A stretch of 64,000 nucleotides of DNA, taken from NCBI GenBank assembly GCA_965249135.1, contig OZ252220.1, forward strand, positions 832,001-896,000, written 5' to 3'. Below the pieces are notes generated by a model, which saw only the letters and a program-made list of their open reading frames with translations, searched no databases and was not told where the DNA came from. Position numbers and translations under genes: made by a program. Below, in pieces: positions 56,034-64,000 of this stretch (its first letter is position 1; every line of letters begins with the position of its first letter). This stretch comes from Alphaproteobacteria bacterium. GTDB lineage: Bacteria; Pseudomonadota; Alphaproteobacteria; GCA-2746255.

Positions 56034-56219
56034 TCACTTTTTTCTGGTCAATTTGTAGGGTTGCTCGCACTCTTTTTTCGTGGGCTCGCGGTTCTGGCTT
56101 CGCGGGCGGCTGGGCGCCGGGGCCAGCATGATCCGGCGCAGCGCTTCCTCGAACTTTCCCCGTTCGACGGGGTCTCTGTCCGTTGGATCAAGTCTCGGAG
56201 TGTTGGGCTTTCGGGGCAT
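56034..56219 (-). CDS. Small basic protein at the distal end of the IS1595 element
   Basis: GGAAG RBS; 61 aa with FEEALRRIMLAP helix. Confidence 0.6.
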   Translation of the reverse strand: MPRKPNTPRLDPTDRDPVERGKFEEALRRIMLAPAPSRPRSQNREPTKKECEQPYKLTRKK

Positions 56220-56233
56220 TACTTGTCTTCCAA

Positions 56234-56848
56234 TTATGGCAACACTCCGACTAGGACGAGCGGCACCGCTGGGACACCCCGACCTTGCCGCAGTACATTC
56301 AGCAGATCGCGTTCATAGTAGGGAACGCCGCTGGACATTTCCCGCTCCAATTCCTTCATCGGCAATATTTCAATCCCAACGTCAATGATATCAGACACAC
56401 AGAAACTCAGATGCTTCACGAACAAATCGTGTGCCACGAAGACATATTTGCCGAACTGAACCTCAACAGCTACACGATCCTTCACAAAATCGGTCTGATT
56501 GTAGGACATGATCGGCACATGTCCGGCTGCTTGGATCGCCTCTTTTTGCTCATGCTCTGGACGGCCATAGATGCCGCGCAATAGTTTCTCATCATCCGTC
56601 ACCCAAAACGTGTTTCTTCGCTCGCCCCAATCCCGCGCTTCAAGCCCAGCCTTGAATGCGGAATTCATCTCCGGCGGGGAATAGAGCACCCGCCCCATCA
56701 TGGTCTTTTCCTTGGATTCCTTGGTCTTGCACACTGCGGCATCGACTTCCGCTATCACGTCCCGAACCTCTCGCCAAAGTTCGTGCCGATGAACCAACAG
56801 ATATTCCTCGCCGTTAAGGTGAGAATACCGCGCTCCGATCCGCATCAA
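56234..56848 (-). CDS. BstYI-like type II restriction endonuclease (predicted RGATCY)
   Basis: YSHLNG, KESKEKT, YNQTDFVKDRVAVEVQFGKY, EILPMKEL..EMSSG, RQGRGVPAVPLVL closely match BstYI as I remember it. Confidence 0.88.
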   Translation of the reverse strand: MMRIGARYSHLNGEEYLLVHRHELWREVRDVIAEVDAAVCKTKESKEKTMMGRVLYSPPEMNSAFKAGLEARDWGERRNTFWVTDDEKLLRGIYGRPEHEQKEAIQAAGHVPIMSYNQTDFVKDRVAVEVQFGKYVFVAHDLFVKHLSFCVSDIIDVGIEILPMKELEREMSSGVPYYERDLLNVLRQGRGVPAVPLVLVGVLP

Positions 56849-57675
56849 TGTCCGCCGTTCGGCAAGGTGGGGTCATAGATTGGCTTATTCATCGGACGGG
56901 TGCGAAGTTCACCGGCCTCAAGGGCCTTCACCCTCTTTTTCGCTATCTGCACATACTCGCCCATGACATCGCAGCCGTAGGCAAGCCGCTCATGCTTGAG
57001 TGCGGCAACGATTGTCGATCCAACGCCCATGTAGGGGTCGAACACGGCATCGCCCCGGTCTGTCATGGAAAGCACGAGGCGCTCCACCAACTCCACCGGA
57101 AACTGGCACGGATGGATTGTCTTCTCCGGGTGATTGTTCTTGACGTTCGGGAACGCCCAAACGTCGCTGGGATTCTTGCCTTTTGGGTTGCCGGACAACT
57201 TACCTGCGTTCGGCCCCTTGAAGTGCCGCTTGTTCGGGTACTTGGGCGGCACCCGAATTTGATCTAGGTGCCAAGTGTAATCATCGCCCTTTGTCCACCA
57301 GTTGATGGTTTCATAGCGCCCCGACAGGCGCTTGGTGCAGTGCAAGCCGTGTCCGAAATTCCATATAATCCGGTTGCGAAGCTTGAATCCCTGCGCGTGA
57401 AACAATGGATAGAGCAACGCATCGAGCGGCATGATCTCACCGTTCTCGACATAGTTCCCTACCTGCCAGCATATCGAGCCTTGGTCATGCAGGAGGCGGG
57501 CGCACTCGCCGATGACACGTTCCTGCGTGGCGAGGTAGATATCGAGGCTGGATTTGCCTTCGTAGGATTTGCCGAGATTGTATGGCGGCGATGTAACGAT
57601 CAGCTTGAATACCTCATCCGGCAAGGGCCGCATGAATGCGACATTGTCCTTGCAGGCGAGTACGGCCCGACTCAT
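56845..57675 (-). CDS. Beta-class N4/N6 DNA methyltransferase (likely m4C)
   Basis: TSPPYN, HPCQFP, DPYMGVGST in beta-class order. Confidence 0.92.
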   Translation of the reverse strand: MSRAVLACKDNVAFMRPLPDEVFKLIVTSPPYNLGKSYEGKSSLDIYLATQERVIGECARLLHDQGSICWQVGNYVENGEIMPLDALLYPLFHAQGFKLRNRIIWNFGHGLHCTKRLSGRYETINWWTKGDDYTWHLDQIRVPPKYPNKRHFKGPNAGKLSGNPKGKNPSDVWAFPNVKNNHPEKTIHPCQFPVELVERLVLSMTDRGDAVFDPYMGVGSTIVAALKHERLAYGCDVMGEYVQIAKKRVKALEAGELRTRPMNKPIYDPTLPNGGH

Positions 57676-58625
57676 CGTTCCTCCGACTCCGCCACCAAAT
57701 CCCTGTACCGGAGCCGCTTGCCACCGATTCCACTGGCGAGAGCCGCCATGCGGTCCAGGGTATCGACTTCGCAGTTACCCTCGTTCAGCCGGAATGCCGT
57801 CTCATCGACGTAGCGGCTCAGATGCTTTGCGGAAACGCGGTACCACGTTCCGGTGATCGAGCGCTTGAGTACGGCCCATACGCTTTCGATCCCGTTGGTA
57901 TGTACGCCGCCGTCTCGGACGTACTCCTTGGCGCTGTGATTGACCGTCTCGTGATCGTAGGGAAGTTCCTGATAGGCCGAGGCGTCGTCGGTATAAACCG
58001 TGGCGTCCGGCGCGGCATGGGATTTGACGAAGCCGATCAGGGTAGCCACGTCGGTGCGCTCGATTGGCTTGGCGGCGACCTTGCCGCCCCGTTCCCGTGC
58101 GCCTATCACAGGAGTCTTTCCGACTGGACCCCGACCGGCGCGTAGTTTCTTCTTGGAATGTTTGTTGCGCTCGCGGCCGCCGATGTAGGTCTCGTCAACC
58201 TCCACGACCCTTTCAAGGGTGAACTCTCCCCCGGCGCAGGCTTCTCGAATGCGGTGGAGCATATGCCATGCGGTGCGGTACTGGCAACCCAGTTCCTTCG
58301 AGAGTTGCATGGCGCTCACGCCCTTGCGGGCCGTCAGAACCGAGTAGATGGCGAATACCCAGTCCTGCAACGGCTTCTTGGTAGAATGCAGGCACGTCCC
58401 TGTAGTAACCGTGAAGTGATCCCGGCAAGCCTTGCACCAGTAGGCTTTCGGCTTGCTCGGCGACGGCATCCTGATCTCATCAACGCTCCCGCAATTCGGG
58501 CAGATCGGAGTACCGCCCCAGCGCACCAACTCCAACCACTCGCGGCAAGCTTTCTCGTCCGGGAACAGCCGGTAGAGTTGAGGGACACTGATGGTCTCGG
58601 CGGTTCGTTTTTTGTTCTTGCTCAT
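57672..58625 (-). CDS. IS1595 family transposase
   Basis: CPNC...CKAC Zn ribbon, HTH, EVDETYIGG, YTDD, HTNGIE, YVDETAFR. Confidence 0.95.
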   Translation of the reverse strand: MSKNKKRTAETISVPQLYRLFPDEKACREWLELVRWGGTPICPNCGSVDEIRMPSPSKPKAYWCKACRDHFTVTTGTCLHSTKKPLQDWVFAIYSVLTARKGVSAMQLSKELGCQYRTAWHMLHRIREACAGGEFTLERVVEVDETYIGGRERNKHSKKKLRAGRGPVGKTPVIGARERGGKVAAKPIERTDVATLIGFVKSHAAPDATVYTDDASAYQELPYDHETVNHSAKEYVRDGGVHTNGIESVWAVLKRSITGTWYRVSAKHLSRYVDETAFRLNEGNCEVDTLDRMAALASGIGGKRLRYRDLVAESEER

Positions 58626-59217
58626 GGGAATTCCCCTGTTGACTGCTGATTATTATATGTTAAATGAAATCAGATGTCTACAGGTTTTGCTGATTTTGCT
58701 ACATAATTCCCTTCGTAAACCGTTTCGTCGACAACGATGCTGGTTTCAAATCCTTTTTCTTTCCACCCAAGACGGTAGAAATGTCCATCTAACTTGTTGG
58801 CGATTAGCGACTTGCGTCCACCGGGTGCAAGAACATCCGTACGCATCAATTTGAAAGAGCCAAGAACCTTCACTATGTCGCTCCATTCACCTGAATGCGC
58901 CGCCGTCAGAATCGCCATTGCGTTCCGCCACTCGTGAATTGCATAAAGGCGTCTGATCTCTTTCGGGACCATTACGCCTCCTACATCCTGTTACTACAAA
59001 ACACTTTCCCACAAAATGTAGCACTTCTAAAAGTTTGGCTAAACAGATGTCTCTCGAACTAGCCATAAGACACCTATTGGAACAAATCAAGAACGTTCTA
59101 GATTTTGTTGGTATGTGGAAGATTCGGCGTCAAAGACCCGTTTTATTGCCCAAGCCGCGGCGACCTGTTAGGTATCCCCGCGGCGATTCTTCGAAAAACC
59201 TTAACTCACCTACGAAG

Positions 59218-59787
59218 ATGAAGATCAGCGGCAACGCCATCCGTTCCGGCATGGTGATCGAACACAAGGGAAGGCTTTCGGTGGCGGTGAAGACCCAGCA
59301 CACTCAGCCCGGCAAGGGCGGCGCCTATCTCCAGGTCGAGCTGCGCGACATCCGCGACGGCACGAAGCTGAACGAGCGTTTCCGCTCGAGCGAAGACGTC
59401 GAGCGCGTCCGCCTCGACCAGCGGACCTACCAGTATCTCTATCGGGAAGAGAAGCTCCTCACCTTCATGGACACGGAGACCTTCGACCAGGTGACGATCG
59501 ACGAGGCGCTCCTCGGCGAGGCGGTAGCCTTCCTTCAGGACGACATGACGGTTACCATCGAATCCTACGAAGGCGACCCGGTGGGCGTGACGCTGCCCGA
59601 CACCGCCGTCTGCACGGTTACGGAAACGGAAAGCGTGATCAAGGGGCAGACGGCGGCTGCTTCCTACAAGCCGGCGGTTCTCGACAACGGGGTCCGCATC
59701 TCCGTGCCGCCGCATATCGAGATGGGCAATCGCGTCGTCGTGAACACGGCGATGCGAACCTATGTCGAGCGGGCAAAAGATAAATGA
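59218..59787 (+). CDS. efp: Elongation factor P
   Basis: PGKGGA, YKPA.LDNG.RI.VPP, YVER. Confidence 0.96.
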   Translation: MKISGNAIRSGMVIEHKGRLSVAVKTQHTQPGKGGAYLQVELRDIRDGTKLNERFRSSEDVERVRLDQRTYQYLYREEKLLTFMDTETFDQVTIDEALLGEAVAFLQDDMTVTIESYEGDPVGVTLPDTAVCTVTETESVIKGQTAAASYKPAVLDNGVRISVPPHIEMGNRVVVNTAMRTYVERAKDK

Positions 59788-60602
59788 GCACGCGGTCTGC
59801 CATCATCAACGTCATGGAGGGCGCCGCCCGCAAGGCAGCGCGCGCGCTCGTGCACGACTTCGGCGAGGTTGAACAGCTCCAGGTCTCGAAGAAGGGGCCG
59901 GGCGATTTCGTGACGAATGCCGATCTCAAATCCGAGAAGATCCTGCACAGGGAATTGCGCCGCGCCAGGCCCGATTACGGACTCCTGCTCGAGGAAAGCG
60001 GGGCCGAAGAAGGAACGGACCCGGACCACACCTGGCTTGTCGACCCGCTCGACGGCACCTCGAACTTCCTTCACGGCAATCCCCACTTCTCCATCACGAT
60101 TGCGCTCAAACGCGAAGACAAGATCGTGGCCGGGATCATCCTCGATCCGATCCAGGACGAACTCTTCTGGGCGGAACGCGGCGGCGGTGCTTTCCTGAAC
60201 GACCGCCGGCTTCGCGTCTCGGCACGCACCCGGCTGGATGAGGCGCTGCTCGCCTATGGGGAACCCTTCGGCGGCCGTACCGGTAAAGAGATTTTCGCCA
60301 AGGTGCTGCCGCTGGTCATGGAAAGGACGGCCGGCATCCGCCGCACCGGGGCGGCCGCCCAAGACCTCGCCTATGTCGCCGCCGGACGTTTCGACGGCTA
60401 TTGGGAGGACGGCCTCAAGCCTTGGGATATGGCGGCCGGCATCCTGCTCGTCCAGGAGGCGGGCGGTTACGTGACGGAAATCGGTGGTGGCAAGAACATG
60501 CTCGAATCGGGAAGTGTGCTCGCCACGAACGACCGTCTCTACCCTGCCGTCGCCGGATTGCTGCGCGAGGCCTATGCGGCGGCGGGTGAAGTAACGGATT
60601 GA
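59784..60602 (+). CDS. suhB: Inositol monophosphatase family protein
   Basis: EE, DPLDGTSNF, WDMAAG. Confidence 0.93.
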   Translation: MSTRSAIINVMEGAARKAARALVHDFGEVEQLQVSKKGPGDFVTNADLKSEKILHRELRRARPDYGLLLEESGAEEGTDPDHTWLVDPLDGTSNFLHGNPHFSITIALKREDKIVAGIILDPIQDELFWAERGGGAFLNDRRLRVSARTRLDEALLAYGEPFGGRTGKEIFAKVLPLVMERTAGIRRTGAAAQDLAYVAAGRFDGYWEDGLKPWDMAAGILLVQEAGGYVTEIGGGKNMLESGSVLATNDRLYPAVAGLLREAYAAAGEVTD

Positions 60603-60653
60603 TTTTCGGTTCGAATCTTCGCGACCCCATTGTCTGATGCGGGGCTCTGAGTT

Positions 60654-61694
60654 ATGGTCGCCGGCATGTTTCCGCATCATCGCACACGGATCGGCGTCCT
60701 CGCCGTAAGCGGGCTCGTGCTTGCCAGCACCGCCGCGTTTGCCGAGGAACCTGTCGTCGTCGTCGGCAGCGGCAAACCGAGCGTGACGATCGACTATGGC
60801 GTGCTCGATGAACTCAGCCGGTGGCCGGTCGTGCCGCGCCTCCTGATGCCGGGACCGGGCCCGGCCCAGGGCGGCCGCATCACACTTCGAAGGCCGGGCG
60901 AGGCTGCGCCCCAAGCAGAGGCCGCGTCCCAGGCAGCGGTGGCACCGGAGGTGACACCTGCACCGAAGGTGACGCCGGCACCCGCCCCGGTCGAAGAGGC
61001 AGCCCCTGCGCCTGCCCCGGTCGAAGCGGCAGCCGCGGAGAAGATCCTGCTGACGCCCCCGCCGCCGGTGAAGCCGAAAGAAGCGGCGAAGCCGAAAGAA
61101 GCGGCGAAGCCGAAAGAAGTGGCGAAGCCGAAGGCAGTGGCCGAACCGAAGGTCCCACCGCCGCCTCCGATGTTGGAGCCGAAGGCCGTGGCCCCCGAAC
61201 GGCTTAAGCCTGCCCTTCAGATGCCCGACGCCCCGCCGCCTCCGGTCGTGCTTACCGAGCCGATCCCGACCCCGCCGCCGCCCGCACCGAAAGCGGCCGC
61301 AAAGCAGGCGCCCTCGCCCGAAGGCAAGCCGGCGATGGAACAGACGGCAAAGTTGCCACCGGCATCCGCACCGCTTGAGCCCGGCGAGCCCTTAAGCATC
61401 GCGTTTAGCAGCGAAAGCGCGCTTCTGTCCGATAAGGCGAAGGCCGGGCTTGAGGATTTCGCAAGACGGCTGAAGGACAATCCCGCACTTCGAATCCAGC
61501 TGCTGGCCCATGCAAGCGGCACCCAGGAAACCGCGAGCCAAGCGCGGCGCCTTTCGCTTTCGCGCGCCCTTGTCGTTCGCTCCTATCTCATCGAGGCCGG
61601 AGTTTCCAGCATTCGGATCGACGTCCGCGCACTCGGCAACAAGGTCGAGGACGAGCCGGCGGACCGCGTCGACCTCGTCTACGCGAACGGCTAA
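60654..61694 (+). CDS. Pro-rich exported protein with C-terminal OmpA-like domain
   Basis: Signal peptide, Pro/Ala/Lys linker, RRLSLSRA..VRSYL...RIDVRALG. Confidence 0.85.
   Translation: MVAGMFPHHRTRIGVLAVSGLVLASTAAFAEEPVVVVGSGKPSVTIDYGVLDELSRWPVVPRLLMPGPGPAQGGRITLRRPGEAAPQAEAASQAAVAPEVTPAPKVTPAPAPVEEAAPAPAPVEAAAAEKILLTPPPPVKPKEAAKPKEAAKPKEVAKPKAVAEPKVPPPPPMLEPKAVAPERLKPALQMPDAPPPPVVLTEPIPTPPPPAPKAAAKQAPSPEGKPAMEQTAKLPPASAPLEPGEPLSIAFSSESALLSDKAKAGLEDFARRLKDNPALRIQLLAHASGTQETASQARRLSLSRALVVRSYLIEAGVSSIRIDVRALGNKVEDEPADRVDLVYANG
61071..61142. repeat. 18-bp coding tandem repeat (KPKEAA) x4
   Basis: AAGCCGAAAGAAGCGGCG, two perfect and two degenerate copies. Confidence 0.85.
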
Positions 61695-61714
61695 TCCCGA
61701 AGATATAAAGAAGC

Positions 61715-63538
61715 CTAGCCGAGCGACGAACGCCCGAGCGATGAACGAATGAGTTCCGGCTCGAACTGAAGTTCGGCCAGGCGCGCATAAAGGGGCGAGG
61801 TTCCGAGAAGCTCTCCGTGGGTGCCGATGGCGACGATTTTCCCATCCTCCAGGACGACGATGCGATCCGCCTTGAGCACGGTCGAAAGCCGGTGCGCGAT
61901 CACCAGCGTCGTGCGTTCCGCCATCAGCTTTTCCAGCGCGTCTTGAACGACGCACTCGCTTTCCGAATCAAGGGCGCTCGTCGCCTCGTCCAGCAGCAGC
62001 ACGGCGGGGTCTCGTAAAATCGCCCGCGCGATGGCGATCCGTTGTTTCTGCCCGCCCGAAAGCCGGACGCCGCGTTCGCCGAGAAAGCTCGCGAAGCCTT
62101 CCGGCAACTGGTCGAGGAATTCGGCCGCGTGCGCGGCCTCCGCGGCGGCACGGATCGCGGACTCGTCGGCCTCGGGACGGCCGTAGCGAATGTTCTCCCA
62201 GGCATCCGCCGAGAAGATGATGGGGTCCTGGGGAACCAGGCCAAGCCGCGCCCGCACCTCCTTAGGGCTCGCGTCACGAAGCAGGACCCCATCCAGCGTG
62301 ATGCGGCCATTTTGCGGATCGTAAAAGCGCAGCAACAGTTGAAAGACGGTCGACTTGCCGGCGCCCGAGGGACCGACCAGCGCAAGCTTTTCGCCGGGCG
62401 CCACTGCTAGGGTGAAATCGCTGAGCGCCGGATGGCCGGCGCGGGAGGGATAGGTAAAGGTGACACCCTCGAAACCGACCGCGCCACGCGCCGGCGATGG
62501 AAGGGGCTTAGGTCTTTCGGGTGCGATAATCTCCGGCTGCATCGCTAGAAGGTCGAACAATCGCTCCGTCGCACCGGCGGCCCGCTGAAGATCGCCGATG
62601 ACCTCGCTGATCGCGCCGACCGCGCCGGCGACGATGGCAGCGTAAAAGACGAAGGCTGCCAAGTCGCCGGCGCTTAAGTCCCCGGCAAGCACCTCGTGAC
62701 CGCCCACCCAAAGAATGCAGCCGATCGCACTGAAGGTCAGCACGATCACGATGACCGTAAGCATGGCGCGCACGCGCACGCGACGCATGCTCGTACGCAA
62801 CGCGTCCTCGACGCGGCCGGCAAAACGCGTCCGGTCGACGTCTTCGTGCCCGAAGGCCTGCACGGTGCGAACAGCGTTGATGCTTTCTTCGACGTAAGCG
62901 CCGACGTCTGCGACGCGATCCTGGCTTTCCCGCGAAAGCCTGCGCACGCGCCGGCCAAGCAAAAGGATCGGAACGACGAGGGCGGGAACGACGAGGACGA
63001 CGAGAAGCGTCAGTTTCGGGCTCGTGATGGCAAGAAGGACGATGCCGCCGATCAGCATAAGCACGTTGCGAAGCGCCATCGAAAGGCTTGAGCCGACGAC
63101 GACCTGAAGAAGCGTGGTGTCCGTCGTCAGGCGCGACAGCACCTCGCCTGTCTTCGTCACCTCGAAAAAACCCGGGCTCAAGCTCAGGATGTGGTTGAAG
63201 ACCGCGCGGCGAAGGTCGGCGACGACGCGCTCGCCGACCCAGGACACCAGCGTGAACCGCCCATAGGTCGCCACCGCCAACAGCACGATGACGCCAAGCA
63301 ACACCATCAACGCCTGATCCAGCAACTCGGCGTTGTCGGCGCCGAAGCCCTCATCGACCAGCGTGCGCAGGCCTAAGCCAAGCGCAAGCACCGTGCCGGC
63401 AGCCAGCGTAAGGGCGGCCAGCGCGCCCAGGATGCCAAGCGTATAGGGCCGAAGAAAGGGCACGAGCCTTCGAAGGTGGCGAAGATCCCCAGGCGAGCCC
63501 CTTTCCGGGGCGATGGATGAAGGCGTTTCTCGTGCCAT
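61715..63538 (-). CDS. MsbA-related ABC transporter (TMD+NBD)
   Basis: GPSGAGKS, LSGGQKQR, LLLDEATSALD. Confidence 0.93.
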   Translation of the reverse strand: MARETPSSIAPERGSPGDLRHLRRLVPFLRPYTLGILGALAALTLAAGTVLALGLGLRTLVDEGFGADNAELLDQALMVLLGVIVLLAVATYGRFTLVSWVGERVVADLRRAVFNHILSLSPGFFEVTKTGEVLSRLTTDTTLLQVVVGSSLSMALRNVLMLIGGIVLLAITSPKLTLLVVLVVPALVVPILLLGRRVRRLSRESQDRVADVGAYVEESINAVRTVQAFGHEDVDRTRFAGRVEDALRTSMRRVRVRAMLTVIVIVLTFSAIGCILWVGGHEVLAGDLSAGDLAAFVFYAAIVAGAVGAISEVIGDLQRAAGATERLFDLLAMQPEIIAPERPKPLPSPARGAVGFEGVTFTYPSRAGHPALSDFTLAVAPGEKLALVGPSGAGKSTVFQLLLRFYDPQNGRITLDGVLLRDASPKEVRARLGLVPQDPIIFSADAWENIRYGRPEADESAIRAAAEAAHAAEFLDQLPEGFASFLGERGVRLSGGQKQRIAIARAILRDPAVLLLDEATSALDSESECVVQDALEKLMAERTTLVIAHRLSTVLKADRIVVLEDGKIVAIGTHGELLGTSPLYARLAELQFEPELIRSSLGRSSLG

Positions 63539-63684
63539 GAAAGCGGTTTGATCCCCTCTTCGTGTGCTGGCTCAAAACTATCAACTGTCCCCTGAACCAA
63601 CAAGGAAGGCTTCTCCATCCACCCCTTGTTCCGGTACCGCTCCTTCGCTATAAGGTTGACCCCTTGAAGGCTAAGAGGCGAAGG

Positions 63685-63909
63685 ATGAAAAAAGGAGGCC
63701 ACCCCAAGTATCACACGATCAACGTCGTGTGCACCGACGGCACCACGTTCCAGACGCGCTCCACCTGGGGCAAGGAAGGCGACACGCTGAGATTGGACGT
63801 CGATCCGCTCTCGCATCCCGCCTGGACCGGCGTGCACCGCCTGAGCGAGCACGGCGGCCAGCTCGCCAAGTTCAAGAAACGTTTCCAGGATTTCGGCCTG
63901 AAATCCTAG
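63685..63909 (+). CDS. rpmE: 50S ribosomal protein L31
   Basis: MKKGGHPKY...HPAWTG...F.KRF. Confidence 0.95.
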   Translation: MKKGGHPKYHTINVVCTDGTTFQTRSTWGKEGDTLRLDVDPLSHPAWTGVHRLSEHGGQLAKFKKRFQDFGLKS

Positions 63910-64000
63910 TCACTCCGCATTTCTGGCCGCTACTTCTTGAAAAACCGCTCGGCATCGGGCCGATCTCCGTAGAAGATATCTTGCCCACCTACATCAACCC

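Larger units (their letters stand above)
55984..58711 (-). mobile_element. IS1595-family transporter element (2728 bp) carrying an R-M system
   Basis: TIRs GGGACTTGCGTAGCAAAATCAGCAA (55984-56008) and GGGAATTATGTAGCAAAATCAGCAA (reverse complement of 58687-58711) match at 22/25. TSD TTCGTAAA at 55976-83 and 58712-19. Confidence 0.95.
55661..58972 (-). pseudogene. BglII/BstYI-superfamily type II endonuclease split by the IS1595 element
   Basis: Removing 55984-58711 and one TSD gives a 576-nt ORF (191 aa): ...VVDETVYE|SPTHKVDCFKNRVALEVEWNNKDPFFDRDL. Confidence 0.9.

Noticed and set aside
59035-59217. N-terminal extension of EF-P in the ORF track
   Set aside because: EF-P homology starts at ATG 59218; the upstream part covers the promoter and the island edge.

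Overview
High-GC alphaproteobacterial chromosome segment, most like Rhodospirillales judged by gene order and protein motifs. Bases 1-21 kb are accessory: a Tat-peptide plus tailspike-like beta-helix pair, three DUF1329 paralogs, assorted enzymes and several pseudogenes (SRPBCC, putA, a low-GC DUF5677/HEPN-like gene), ending at tRNA-Glu(CTC). Bases 21-64 kb are mostly core genes: rluD, rpoH with a CIRCE, a decayed pseudokinase plus membrane-protein pair, purA-hisZ-serA-serC, thiD-glmM-folP-ftsH-tilS-tol/pal-ruvABC-yebC-ymdB-ygfA-6S RNA-zapA, gap-fbaB-thiE, efp-suhB, an MsbA-like ABC transporter and rpmE. The standout is a low-GC island between thiE and efp. There a 2728-bp IS1595-family element (25-bp TIRs, exact 8-bp TSD) carrying a complete BstYI-like R-M system has inserted into, and split, the endonuclease gene of a resident BglII-family/MT-A70 R-M system. 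All calls come from reading the sequence and remembered family motifs; no searches were run.
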